Below the pieces are notes generated by a model, which made no database searches, was not told where the DNA came from, and was given only the letters and a program-made list of their open reading frames with translations. A stretch of DNA of 64,000 nucleotides from Vicugna vicugna. Taxonomy: Eukaryota. The DNA is taken from the NCBI GenBank assembly GCA_013265495.1, contig MU058531.1:1-64000 (forward strand). Reading direction: 5' to 3'. The translations under genes were made by a program, and so were the position numbers. Of this stretch, positions 37,157 to 49,334 are shown piece after piece. Each line of letters starts with the position of its first letter. Position 1 is the first letter of the stretch.

Positions 37157-39143
37157 GTGAGTAGCATGTTCGGGCTTCAGCCTCCCTCCAGGGCTATCCA
37201 GAGAATCTGCTCTTGAGGGGCAGATAACCAGGGGATGCAAGACAGGGGAATAAACTCACTAGGGAAGGACCAGCATGTAGCCTCTGCAGACAGGCACCTT
37301 GGGCAGCATTTCACAGCCAGCTCAGTGCTCTTAGCCCTTTATTGGAAAGTTGTCCCCCAACTCAGGTTTGTGAAATTCCCTGGAATGCTTCTATAAGACT
37401 CATGGAGTACAGCCAGCCATCCAGGTCCTGGAGAAATTCTGCTATCTCTGTGAACCAAGTATCGTTGAAGGCATGTGGAAGGGACAAATTAGAGAACAGT
37501 CTTCAGAAACAGTGCTGAGGCTCTGCCTAACCTGGACACACCTGGCCACCCCCACTGGCCCAGGCCCTGTGATGGGGAGCTCCGAGGTCCATCCTGGATT
37601 CCAGCAGGGTGAGCAGGAGAGGCTGGGACACTGTGTCCTAGGAGACAGAGTGCAGGACCTCTGGGACGCTCGGGCCCTCCAAATCGGGTTCCCAGGCACA
37701 GGGGTTGGGAGGACTGGACCAGCTGTGGCCGAGCACAATCAGGGACTGTTTCCACGTTGGTGAAGCAGCTGGGAGGGCTCTGAACCCACTCCTGACCATC
37801 ACAGCCCCCACCTCCTGAGCCTGTCTGGAGACACTGGCTGTCACTTTGCTGATGTCATCAGCCACCCTGTGCCTCTCCTCCTCTCTCGTGCTCCTCAGCT
37901 GTTCCTCTGTCCTGACTCGCTCTGGTCTCTGCAGAGAGACTCTCTCCTCTGTCGGTGGGGAAGCTGTCACGGCCGTGGGGAGGGCGGGGGTTCATCTTGG
38001 GGAGAGGAAGCTGGGAACACAGGGATGCTCACCTAAGACCCACTTTTCCAAGCTCCACATCACCTGGGCACCTTAGCCCAGGGCTGCCCAAAGCGGACCA
38101 CAGAGAGCATTAGGCTGGAGTGAGGTTTCCCCGGGGGGGAAGGACACCTGTGCCGAATGGCCACTGCCCTGGTGTCCAGTACCAGCTGGTGAGGGTTCCA
38201 ACCATGTGACGATCTCCCTGTGTCTGTCTCCCTTGTCCCTGCACATCCCCCTGCAGATCAGAGACTGAACCTACACATTTCCCACCAGGGTCCTACTCCC
38301 TGCAGCCGTCCATCTGCAGACACATTTAAGAGAGAACTCAGGAACAGCCTGGGGCACCGGGCCCAGCACAGGGTCCCCTCAGCCAGACTGGACCTCTCCT
38401 TTTGGCCGCCCTGTTTCCTGGGCACAGGCTTTCTCTGCCCACATCCCTGCCCTGCTTCTCTCAAGCAGAGCACTTGACTTAGGGAAGGCTGTGCAGTGCG
38501 TGGGTCCTCGGATGCAGCACGTGTGCCCGTGGTTATGAACAACAGCACGAGAACAGATCCTGTTCCTTAAGCCCCAACGTGGGCCTGGCGTGTGCTGGGA
38601 CTGTCTGCGAGCGCTCTCTGAAGCTCTCAGGTGCCCGCCATTTCCTCACTGCAGGTGTGGGGACAGAGGCTCAGAGAGGTGGAGTAGCTTTGCTTAAGGT
38701 TGCATAGCTGGAAAGAGGGGGAGAGAGACTACAGAGATGTGATCAGATGTCCTGCCTGTGTTCTTGCACTCCCACCTCTCAGGGGGCCCCAGCTGCCCCT
38801 GCCTCATCTGTCTGTGTATCATAGCTCTTTGTGGTCCTCCCAGAACCCCTGTGCTCTCAGCCAAGGCAGGTTGTGAGGACTGGGTTGTCACTGCTTGGAG
38901 GACTGGAGTATGGGGGGAGCCACTGAGCCGGGGCAGTGGTGTGGTCTGTGGCCCAGCGCTCCACAGGGGCTCTCTGGGTACTGGCTCTGACCCCCTAGCC
39001 CTACTGTGGTCCCCCTAGATGAGGCAGCTGGAGGGGAAGGCTGTGCCCACGTCGTGGGGTCTACTGTGGGAAATGCATGTTGGTTGCACAGGAAGAGGTC
39101 CCCCAGGCCCACCCCAGGACTTTGGCATGTGTGCCCTCTGCAG

Positions 39144-39542
39144 CTTCAGCCTACAGAGCCCACGACAACAAAGACAACCACAACGACAACAACGACCACA
39201 ACAACCACAACCACGACAACCACAACCACCACAACGACCACGACCAAGACCACGACCACGACCACAACCACGACCACACCAATGACCACAAAAATGCCAA
39301 CGACCCCTACGACCCCTACGACCCCAACGACCACAACGACCACCACAGTTACTACCGTTCTCACAACAACCACAGTGACAACAGTTGTCACGGAGCCTGA
39401 GGTTGTTCCAGAGGAGGAGACCACAGTGGCCATTATTGTCACTGAGAGCCCGGTTCCCAGCAGTCCTCTCTTGTGCCTTGCGCTCATCCCATCCTTGCTC
39501 ATGATCCCGTTGCTCCTTGTCTGCATCTGCTGCTGCAAGCGG
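39144..39542 (+). CDS. ANTXRL: Exon 13 (stalk plus TM), duplicate copy 2 (identical; possibly assembly artefact)
   Basis: Identical to 33864-34262 at offset +5280. This copy is contiguous with the downstream exons. Confidence 0.6.
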
Positions 39543-40771
39543 GTGAGTGACCCCTGCCCGCACAGCCTATGACAAGCCCTCATCAACCCACTGGACCATC
39601 AGCCTGAGACACGTGGACTAGACACATGTGTGACCCAAGATCCTGCCAATGGGTTCCCATCAGCTCCGGGTCCTCATACCAGCAAACAAGGCACAGACTC
39701 TGCCTCCCATCCCAGGATAGACACAGCCTGGGCTTCCGGGGGGCCGCCTGCCTCCTGCTTTCACAGAGAGGTGGCCTATGGGCTTTCTCAGCCTCGTGGA
39801 GTAGGGACCCCAGGCCCCCTGAGACCAGAGCTGCCTCACAGCAGTCAGGCTTCTGGAGTCTCAGGTGGATCAAGGCTGGAAGGGCTTTTGCTCTTGGGGG
39901 AAGAAGAGGGGTCTGCAGGGGCACTAATGGGAGGAGGATGCTAGCATCAGGGGAACTGTGCCTTTGAAAACAACATGGTCCCTTTCCGTCACTCCTTCCT
40001 CAGTCATTACTGTGTCACCAGGATGTGCAGGGCCCCAGAAATGAAGCAGCCCCACCCCTGCCCACAGGAGCTTGTGGGCTGTGGCTGGTCTGGTATGGGA
40101 ACCTGGGAGGCATTGAGGGTAAATGTCACCTTCGGGGGTGTGGCAGGTGTCCTGATAAAGCAGGACAATAGCCAAGGGCAGAGACTGGCCTGGGAGGGAG
40201 GGAGGCAGAGGCACTGGCTGGGTGGGTTTGCAAGGACACAGGCCAGAGAGCTGGGTGAGGAAAAGGAAAAAGCAGAGCTGAGAAAGAACACGCAGACCAG
40301 CAGAGGAGCCAGCAAGTCAGGTTTCTGCAAAGGGGGAGAAGTGAGGAACAGACGGGGGGAGAGGGGGTGGACCGGCACCCCTGAGGGCTGGGAGGCCGGG
40401 GCTGCAGGGGACAGAGGTGAGGGGAGAGGAGGAAGGGGTGGGGGGGTTCTCTTGTCCTCATAAGACGTCAGGGCTGCTCATGAAACTCCCAGGGGCGGCC
40501 TCTACTAGGGACCAGCCGCCTTAGTCTGCCTGTCTTCCCCTCCACCCTGCAGGGAGGGACCGATTCCCCTTTGATAACTGAGGAGCCTGAGGCTCAGGAA
40601 GGTGGAGCGTGTTGGTTACAAACCCCCAGGCAAAGGACACCCAGACTTACACCCCAAAGCCCTTGTTCTGTCCCCCTGCTGCCGCTGAGCAGGGTCCCCT
40701 CCTGTCCTCCTGGCTGAGTCAGAGCCCCACATGCCCTTCCAGCCTATAATTACATCTTTTTAACATCCTAG

Positions 40772-40810
40772 ATCGTCAAGGAGCCACCAGCAACCCAGAA
40801 ACAAGAAAAA
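40772..40810 (+). CDS. ANTXRL: ANTXRL-like exon 14 (cytoplasmic), 39 nt
   Basis: Acceptor taacatcctag|. Translates IVKEPPATQKQEK, containing the family motif VKEPP. Donor AAA|gtaagt. Confidence 0.92.
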
Positions 40811-41907
40811 GTAAGTGGAGTATTTGGTACTGATGTTGTCAGCATGCCTGATGCACACACTGACCTGCACAGAGAGGCCTCCTGCCGCCGATGGGGAGAC
40901 GTCCTCCCCTACCTATCTTGGCAGAAAGAAGGGATGACAGAGGGTTATGGAGGGGCCCAGGTAAAGAAGTGCCACTCAGACAGTATTCCTGTACTCCCAG
41001 CATGGCATGATCCAGGGTCTTTGTCACCGAATCAGCAATGCGGCTTAGCCTTTTTCGGAAACTACTATGGTCCCTCCTGAAATAAATGGGCTTTTTGTCA
41101 ATTCCCAAGGGACTGTTTGTAGGATGAGCCTTCCCCAGGACTCCAGAGCATCCTTTTTGGAAAAGTACCCTCAGGTTTCAGGGATCTGGTCCCCCTTCTC
41201 CAGGCTCTGATGTCCATTGGGCTCCATTTCCTTGTCTTCATCTCCATGTCATGTCAGGGGGAAGGTTTTGGCTGGGGGTGGCCTTGAGGGACATGGGGCT
41301 GAGGAGGGGGGGAGAGGAGGGCATTGAGCTGTGAAGGGGGCACAGCCCAGGTGAGCACAGGGGACAGGGGAGCAGGCTGTGGCTCACCAGGGTGGGCGCC
41401 CAAACCAGGGCCCATAAGAGGCAGTTGGAGCAGGGGCATGGTGTCCCAAGAAAGGGGACCTAGGCCTGAGATCTGGTGGGAAACAGGGTCACTGCCCAGG
41501 CTGGCAACTGCGCTGGTTGCAGTATGGCCTGAGGATGCTGGATCTGTCAGAGTCAGGTGAGTACCACCATGTCCCTGCTCGTGACCTGCCACCCCACCCC
41601 CACAGCCTCCACCATGTGACACCGCCCCAGGCCCAGCTTCTCCAACAAGGGCAGCTCCGGGAACCAAGGGGACAGGACAGAGTTTGTTGTCCTTTAGAGA
41701 AGAGCCATCTTTGTGAACCAGAAGGGGTTGGCATGTTTTTCACACGGAGGACTCTCTCTTACTGTGCCCAGTGCTGCTCATTTGTCCTTGATTCTCCAGC
41801 AAACATTCCCTGAGTGACCAGAACTTGACAGGTGCTGGGGCCACAGATGTCATGTCTACAGCCAGGAGCTGCCAGACAAGGAAGCAGACAGGGTTTTCTC
41901 TTTCTAG

Positions 41908-41988
41908 AAACCATGTGCCATACAGCCATGTACCAGGGTGATCTTTCCCCACTGTGAGTGCCAGGAAGACAGCATAAGACCGATGGAG
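41908..41988 (+). CDS. ANTXRL: ANTXRL-like exon 15 (cytoplasmic), 81 nt
   Basis: Acceptor ttttctctttctag|. Translates KPCAIQPCTRVIFPHCECQEDSIRPME, resembling the recalled human segment [22 protein letters not shown]. Donor GAG|gtgaga. Confidence 0.82.
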
Positions 41989-42536
41989 GTGAGAAGGGCC
42001 CTTGGGGAGGGAGGGTTCACCCCCTCCAGTAGGAGGTGTGAGGAGAGGGGAGCCAGTTCAAACCACACAGGCTTGGGCCTGGAAGGTGTGGCTTGGATGG
42101 AGATGAGCTTTATGGGCATTGGGCTTTGACCATTTGTAACACAAAAAATTCAAAGACCCTCCCTATCCTAGTGGCCCAGGACAGGCCAAAGGACTGAGGG
42201 CTCAGGCACTCATCACGTCCAGGGGTCCCAGCACCAGGGTCTCCCCCGTGGATCAGGCCCAGAATCCTGGATATTGGTGGCTGGCTCACAGCTGACAAGT
42301 CCCTGGTTTGCACAGAGGTTGTCGTCAGCTCCAGCACTGATTGAGTTGGGTTTCAGTAACCATCAGGTGGGTGACTAAAAACATACCAAATCAAAAACAG
42401 CATTACGCAGGTCAGGGGCAAAAAAGAAGGAAAAGAAAGAAAGAAAGAAAGAAAAGGTAAACTTCTGAGCCACGTCCTAACCGCCATTAAACCACCAGGA
42501 GGCGCCCTGCTCCTGCTCGGTGAGGGGGGTGAGGGG

Positions 42537-42593
42537 NNNNNNNNNNNNNNNNNNNNNNNNNNNNNNNNNNNNNNNNNNNNNNNNNNNNNNNNN
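42537..42593. other. Assembly gap (57 N)
   Basis: Run of N between a G-run and a C-run. Confidence 1.
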
Positions 42594-44165
42594 CCCCCCC
42601 CGAGATGGGAGACCAGATCCACAGGGAGGAGGGGCCTGAGGACACTTCATTCCCTGGGGAGTAATGGGCCCATTCTGGTGACTGTGATCCCAGTCCGGCA
42701 GGGGGCAAGAGACGACAGGGATGGAGAGGGTCCCAGTGGCTGGTGGGAGGAAGAAAGAACCCACTATCTGTGCCCAGCTTTGCCCCCCCCAACCCCCCCA
42801 CCCCGCACTGCCCTCCCCCTGCAATACACCCTCTGCCCCAGTCCTGCCTCTGTCCGTGGTCCTATCCACTGGTTCCTCCTGGGAGCTTCAATAGCAGCTG
42901 GATTGCCAGAACCACGTCTCTCCTGACAGTCAGTGTGGGGCACAGAGAAGCCACATCAGCCCTTCCGGAGAGGGAGGAAGCCACCTGACTGGGGCTTGTT
43001 CCTGATCACAGGGCCAGGCCCCCACCCCCGTCCCCCCAGGTCCTCTTTCTTGTCTGCTCTTGGTCCTCTGGAGGAAACTGGTTTGCACAGCAGTCCAGTC
43101 TTTTGTTGGACTGGACCACGTGACCCAGTGGTCAGTGACAGGCCTTCCATCAGTCTCCCTGCAGGCCATCCAGGCCAGAAGTCAGGAGCCTAATCTCAGC
43201 CACCCCCCGCCTCGTTGTCACAACTCCCCAGAGGCAGACAAGTAATGATAAAGTCTCAGAGATCGGGCTTCTTGCTCAAAAAGAAACACGATTTCAGGGT
43301 TCATAAGAAAGACTGAGTAGGAACAGTCATTTTTGTTGGAAATGAAGTTAAGGGGATTCATAGACAAGGTAGAGCTTAGGGTGAGTCTTAAAAGGTGAGT
43401 AGCAGGCCACTAGGCAAACAAGATAAAGAAGGACACTCCAAAGAGAGGGAATAGCTTATTTAAAACTTAGAAATATAAACTAGTTGTTCCAGGAAAGTTT
43501 TATCTGATTGCCTGTGTCCTAGGCATCCCAGAGACGCTGTCAGCTTGTCAATGTACCCAGGCTCTGTCACACCAGGACTCTCATCTGGGGACAAGGGGAA
43601 CATGACAGCAAAGCCAGGGATAGTTGGTGCTACAAACAGACTATGCTGTCTCAAAGGGTCTGCATCAGTCTCTACCCAAAACAGGGGACCAGTGTGTGCT
43701 GCTGACTGCACAGTCCATCACCTGTCTGAGGGTGCCCCCATCTGCCCTTGCCCTGCAGGCCCTGAACCTAACCTGAAGGTTGTGGTGAGGCTCATCCCTT
43801 CAGCACACACTCGCCAAGAGAGCCTTGGTGCTGGTGTTAAAGTGGGTGTCAGGCCTTGTCCTTGCTCCCCAGGCTCCCAGTCTAGCAGGTAACACACAAG
43901 TTCAACATCAGAGCAGCGAGAGTCAGAGTCAGAACAATGGGGCTCCCTAGGAGAAGGGAAGGCAGATGTCCAATGCCTGAACAGAGTTTACAAATAAGAG
44001 CATAGTCTTGAGGCCAGCACCCAGGGAAAGGAAGGGCATCAGAAAAGCCCATCTTGTGGAGCCTGACAGGTACTGAGCCTCATCCCCTGAGCCAAGGAAA
44101 CCACAGCCTTCGACTCTCAATTCCAGTGGCTTCTCAGCAACCCTTTCTCTCTCCTCTTCATACAG

Positions 44166-44393
44166 GGGAGAGGCATCAGCTGCACCTTAATGGAGCACCA
44201 CTCCTCGCAAATGCTCTGTGGCCCAAACGTCTGCCTTCCACCCAGCCAGGAGCACTTCCCCCTCAACAGCTGGTGCTCACGTTGTCAACATGCTCCACCC
44301 ATATGCTCTCAGCCACCCTCCAGGGTACCGCTTCTGATCCCTCCCCATGCCCTGGAGCTCTGCAGAGCTACTTTGTCACTCCCACCCCCATAG
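44166..44393 (+). CDS. ANTXRL: ANTXRL-like terminal coding exon (Cys/Pro-rich tail plus TAG)
   Basis: Long pyrimidine tract then tacag|. Translates GRGISCTLMEHHSSQMLCGPNVCLPPSQEHFPLNSWCSRCQHAPPICSQPPSRVPLLIPPHALELCRATLSLPPP*, resembling the ANTXRL C-terminus (PPSR..LL.P...LSLPP). Confidence 0.88.
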   Translation, partial: GRGISCTLMEHHSSQMLCGPNVCLPPSQEHFPLNSWCSRCQHAPPICSQPPSRVPLLIPPHALELCRATLSLPPP

Positions 44394-44689
44394 CCCAAAA
44401 CCCAAAACACCAAAAATATAAAATTGTTAAGAGCCCCTTTTGTACTGATTTGGACATATATATTGTGTCTCGGTTTATAGTCAAAAGGAGTTGGAATTTG
44501 CTGCTGATCAGCAAAAGAGTGTTACCTAATGAGCATTGCTCCACTGTATGTCCTTCCAGGACAAAGCACCCCGGTGTCCTGTGGGTGTAGGCGTGACGAG
44601 GCCGTTTCCCCACAGACAGGTCCTTATCTTCACCAAGGGACGAGGTGCTTGGGGTTTTCCCCAAAATATGCTCTTTCAAAAAAGCCCCA

Positions 44690-44905
44690 AATATCTTTGA
44701 TGTTTGAATACAATCTGGTGTCCATTACTCACTTGCTGTTACTTAATCTCTTGGACAATTTACTTAATCTCCTTGTGCTTCAATTTCCTCCCTGAAAAGA
44801 TGTGGATAATAGTGTCCTCTACAGGTTACCTTGAGGGTGATAGTTAACTGCTGCAACATGCTCAGCACAGGGCAACGCTTCTGGTAAAGAAACCCATTTG
44901 TTAAT
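44690..44905 (+). mobile_element. MIR SINE fragment
   Basis: ttggacaatttacttaatctccttgtgcttcaatttcctccctgaaaagatgtggataatagt. Confidence 0.7.
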
Positions 44906-45379
44906 GTCTCCCCTCCCTGCACCTGGAGAGGAGAGGATGATGAGCTCAGAGACATCAAGAAGTATGTGGTGAGGACAAGGGTGTCAGAAAAAAAAAAATC
45001 ATGACTGCACCTTTCAGCTCTGGATATCAAGATGTGTAGTTGGCACATGTGAGAATTCTATGTAAACTGCTGACCACATGTGGGTTAACATCCAAGGCCA
45101 GCACTCGTGTAATCTCCAAAACATCATCAAAAAAGTTCCTAATGCCTACTACCTCCTTCAGAAATGTTAGTTCCCTTCTGTTACCTTAATATTTCTCATA
45201 ATATATAGGCAATTCCTAGTGCCCAATTTTCCAAGCTTTCAAATCAGCTCCTCCATTGACAGAGACGGACCTCCTAATTTTTCAGATCCCTCCTGCAGAA
45301 GCCTTAGAAGACGTAAATTTCTCCTTACACACTTGTATACTAGAGGACTATCAATAGACAAGAATTCACTGTGAAAATC

Positions 45380-46780
45380 ACAGAACAGGTGAAAGATGAA
45401 GCAACACCCTGGACCACAAAGTCCAAGAAGGGAAGAAGATACTGCTTATTCAGATGTGCACATACCAATGCAACAAATCAGGGACCATGAAAAATCAAGT
45501 AAACATGAAATGATGAAAATAAATAAATCTCTAATAATCGTCCCTAGAGGAATAGACGTCTATGAACTGTCTTACAAAGAATTCAAAATAATCCTCTTAA
45601 AATAGTTTAGGGAAAAACAAGAACACACAGAATTTCACTATATGAAATTCAGGGGAAAAAATGCATGAACAAAATGAGAAGTTCAACAAAGAAACAGAAA
45701 CCATCAAAATAATCAATAGAAATCAGAGCTGAAGATTACAATGACTGTCCTGAAGAATACGATAGAGATCTTCAGAAACAAACTTGAGCAAGCAGAAGAA
45801 AGAATCTGAACTAAAAGATGGGTCACTTGAAATTATCCTGTCATGGAAGTGAAAAGAAAAAAATTAAAAAGAGTGAAGAAAGACTTTGAAACATCAATAG
45901 AAATAGTAATGAATCTGGGGGCCCCATAGGAGAAGAGAGAAAGTATATTTAACCAAAAGGGTTGAAAATTTATAAAACATGGAAAGAGAGATGGACATCC
46001 AGATTCATGAGGCCCAAAGGATTCCAAATAGGTTGAACCTCCAATGGCTACAGCAAATTACTTTGCAAGTAAATTGTCTATGGTCAGAGACATAGGGACG
46101 TTTGAAAGCAACAAGAGAATAATGAATAATCACATGTAAGTCACACCCATGAGACAAGATGGATTTCTCAATAGAAACTTTGCAGTCCAGGAGAGAGAGA
46201 GAATGTATTCAAATATAGAAGAAAAAACCTATCAAACAAATATATGGTACCCAGCAAACCTGTTCTTCAGAAATGAAGGAGACATTGAAAACATAAGAAA
46301 ACAAATAAAGCTGAAAGAGTTCATTACCAGAAGACTTGCTGTACAAGAAATGCTGTAGGAATTTCATCAAGCAGAAATAAATGGATAATAATTAGCATTG
46401 TGAAAACATAAGAAGTTTCTCAAACTCTTCCAAAGAAATGAAGAGGAGGGAACACTCCCAAAGTCATTTACAAGGCCATCACTATCCTGAATCCAAAGCC
46501 AGAAAAGGGCATTACAAGAAAACTACAGACCAATATCCCTGGTGAATATAATGGAAAATTTCCCCCCAAAATACTAGTGAACCAAGTTTAGCAGCACCAT
46601 TAAAAGGATCATGCACCATGATCTAGTGGGATTCTACCCTGAAATACAAGGATAGTTTGACATGCACAAAACAATAAATGCCATACATCACATTAATAGA
46701 TTGAAAGAAAAAAATCATACGTTCATCTCAATAGATGCAGAGAAAGCATTTGACAAAATTCAAGATCCATTGATGAATAC
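45380..46780 (+). mobile_element. Degenerate L1: ORF1 region joined to an ORF2 fragment
   Basis: ORF1-like EFKIILLK and YPANLFFRNEGDI...KLKEFIT. ORF2 motifs actacagaccaatatccctggtgaa and tcaatagatgcagagaaagcatttgacaaaattcaa. Confidence 0.85.
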
Positions 46781-47339
46781 AGACATGAGCCATTAACTCC
46801 CTAATATGAGCGTTCACACAGCTTTTGTGATATTATTGAATGTCTAGGGCAACCTTGAAAATAATCTTTCCACTTAGAACTCTGTGTCTAACTGAACTGT
46901 TATTCAAGAGTGAGCACAAAACAGATATTTTTAGATGTACAGAACCTAAGTTTAACATCGTCACAACCTTGTTGCTGAAAAACCCACTGACTATTGAGAA
47001 TAACTGTGTACTGAAAATCACAGGGACGATCACCAATTTGGAGAGTTTTTCTCTTGAAAAGGATGGAGAGCATGAAGTAGGTTGGTTAGGAAGAGTCTCA
47101 GAGGGTAGAAAAGTCTCAAGTGAGTTTTAGCCCTGCAGATGGGGAGACTTGGATCCATCAAAGGAGACTGAGCTCTCCTATGCACAGGCCGGCATCAGTA
47201 TCCTTGCTGAGCTCAGCTCTTGGCTGGCAGCGGGTACTTGCCTCTGTTTGAATGAGGGGGTGGATTGTGGTGGTGGATGGTGGACCCAGAGCACCCTCCT
47301 CTTCAATTATACTCCCTACTGTCAAAAATCTGAGTAGTG

Positions 47340-49310
47340 CATTTTCAAGACACCCACTATGTACATGGACTTGACCCAACAGTTAAAGACAGAGTTATCA
47401 GATTGTTTATAATTCTAGGTATATACTTTTAAAAGGAAACACATCTAATACATAAGAACAATAAAGAGTGGACTGTAAAAGAATGGATAGTGATATGCCA
47501 GAGATGCTGGGAAAACCAAAAGGAGGCTAGAGTCTTCAACAACAATGACAAAAACAGCATTAGGGCTAAAGAGGGTAAGTTCCCAACAATGAAGTTTCAT
47601 TTTTTACAAAGCTACAAAATCGTTAAACTGGCATGCACTTACAAAAGGAAAATTATAACTGATGAGAAATTGCCAAATCCACTGTTATCCTGAGAAAATT
47701 TGAACAATTATAAGTCAAGACAAAATATTACTTAAACTGTAGAAGATTTGAACAATACAATAAACTTGGTATAATGGGACTGGAAAGAATCTTCCACTCA
47801 GTCACGTATTAAAATAAGTCCCCATAAAAGTAAAAGACCATATTCTCTGATCACAATACAGTTCGTTTGGAAATCAACGACAAAAAGAAATTTTGAAAAA
47901 ATGCATACAGCTGAAAATGTAAAACCATACATGTAAATAATTGTGGATCAAAGGATAAATCAAAACTAAAAATATTATCAGATAATAATTGTTACCTGTG
48001 AAAACACATGAGATAAACAGTGAATGAAAAACTTAGGAAATTTGAGGCTCAGAAGTTTCATATTACAGAAAAAAAGGTGAAAATTAATGAGCTAATAATC
48101 CAACTAAACATTTTAGAAAAAGAATTGTAAAATACTCAAAGAAAATAAAGATGTGGAAGAAAGAACAAATACATTAAATAGAAAACCAAAATTCAATAGG
48201 GAGTAATAACAAAACCAATTATTTGAAAAGTTTACAAAGATAGATAATACACTAATGGAATTGATCAAAAACAAGACAGTGTTTCCCAACCTTTTTTTTT
48301 TTTAAATGAACATCCCAGGAGCTTTTTAAAACATTTTTTTCTTACAGCCATGCACTCTCATGAAATTTAGTACCACAGATCTACTCTTTATCACTTGTGT
48401 GCTGTGCCTCATACTTCAAAAGAGAAAGGCAATTTTTACCCCCTTGGGGCAATATCCTCCCTGTTGTGAATGCATGGAATAAGAAAAGATACAATTAAGT
48501 TATAATAGGAATTACAAAGAAGGTATAAGTAAGGACAGCAGAACCATAAAAATCGAACATATTCTGAAAACTTTATACCAATATACATGAATAGATGTTC
48601 AAATTCCAAGAAAAACATGATACTTGAAATGATTGATAAAAGAAAAAGAGCACTAAAAATCTTATGTGTTAGTCTGCTCGGGCTGCCACAACAAAATATC
48701 ACAGACGAGGGGAATTAAACAACAGAATTCATTTTTCCCACAGTTCTGGAGCCTGGACATCCAAGATCAAGGTGTCAGCAGGGCTGGTTTCTGATGAGGC
48801 CTCTAGTCCTGGATTGCAGATGGCCGCCTTCCCTCTGTGTCCCCAGCTGCCTCTTCACTGTGACCGCGTGGAAAGACAGCTATAGGGGCCCTTCCTCTTC
48901 TGATGAGGACACCAAACCTGTAGGATTAGGACCCAACCCTTATGACTTCATTAACCATAATCACCTCCTAAAGGCCCCACATCCAAATGCAGTCACATTA
49001 AGGATAAGGGCTCAATATATGAATCTGGGGAGAGATGCACAATTCAGCCCATTGTGTTTAGTAAATAGTAAATAGTAAATCAACTGTACCAGTAGTTTAA
49101 AGACTTCCTTCAAAGAAAACACCAGGTATAGGAGATACCAAATATCCAAGAAGTGGATTATTGTGATCATGTTCAAAGTTTTTCCGAAGACAACATAAAA
49201 CACTTCCAGATACATTTTATGAGGCTGATATTACCTAATATCAAATTCAGATAAGAACAGCACAAAAATAGAAAATTACAGGCCAGTTCCTCTCATGATC
49301 ATAGGCAAAC
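47340..49310 (+). mobile_element. Ancient L1 ORF2 relic, interrupted by a DNA element (about 48277-48478) and an MLT1A LTR
   Basis: A-rich degenerate ORF2 motifs (attctctgatcacaatacag, ttttatgaggctgatattacctaatatcaaa...gaaaattacaggcca). Confidence 0.7.
48665..49053 (-). mobile_element. MaLR solo LTR (MLT1A-like), antisense
   Basis: tgtgttagtctgctcgggctgccacaacaaaatatcacagac...cacagttctggagcctgg...tccaagatcaaggtgtcagcagggctggtttct...caattcagcccat. Confidence 0.88.
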
Positions 49311-49334
49311 AAAACAAAACAGAACGAAATGCTT

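Larger units (their letters stand above)
30237..40449 (+). repeat. 4933-bp direct duplication (30237-35169 = 35517-40449) flanking an N gap
   Basis: Line-by-line identity at offset 5280. The only differences I found are 33213 A vs 38493 G and 35133 G vs 40413 A. Confidence 0.97.
6348..44393 (+). other. ANTXRL: Gene span: anthrax toxin receptor-like (ANTXRL family) type I membrane protein, 16 coding exons, 595 aa predicted
   Basis: Hand-spliced exons 248+72+72+82+34+80+69+78+61+96+70+79+399+39+81+228 = 1788 nt. All junctions are GT-AG and phase-compatible, with no internal stop. The exon-size series and motifs (CxGxFDLYFVLD, RMSFITYS, VKEPP) match the ANTXR family as I recall it. Ortholog versus paralog status is unresolved. 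Confidence 0.9.

Noticed and set aside
30237..40449. Two-TM or tandem-domain receptor encoded by the duplicated exons
   Set aside because: Exon 13 to exon 11' is out of frame with an immediate stop, and the duplication is probably artefactual.
40925..40960. Possible 36-nt in-frame exon (KEGMTEGYGGAQ) between exons 14 and 15
   Set aside because: Splice-like ends, but no family similarity and no other support.
42775..42900. Pro-rich stretch as the missing poly-Pro exon
   Set aside because: It lies downstream of exon 15 (wrong order), has a weak acceptor and no donor, and is only a C-rich tract.
6348..44393. Pseudogene call, or ANTXR1/ANTXR2 call
   Set aside because: There is no stop, frameshift or broken splice site in the 16 exons. 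The extended N-terminus and Cys/Pro-rich tail fit ANTXRL rather than ANTXR1 or ANTXR2.
44415..44422. Poly(A) signal for the gene (AATATA/TATAAA variant)
   Set aside because: Non-canonical hexamer only; it cannot be supported without 3'-end data.
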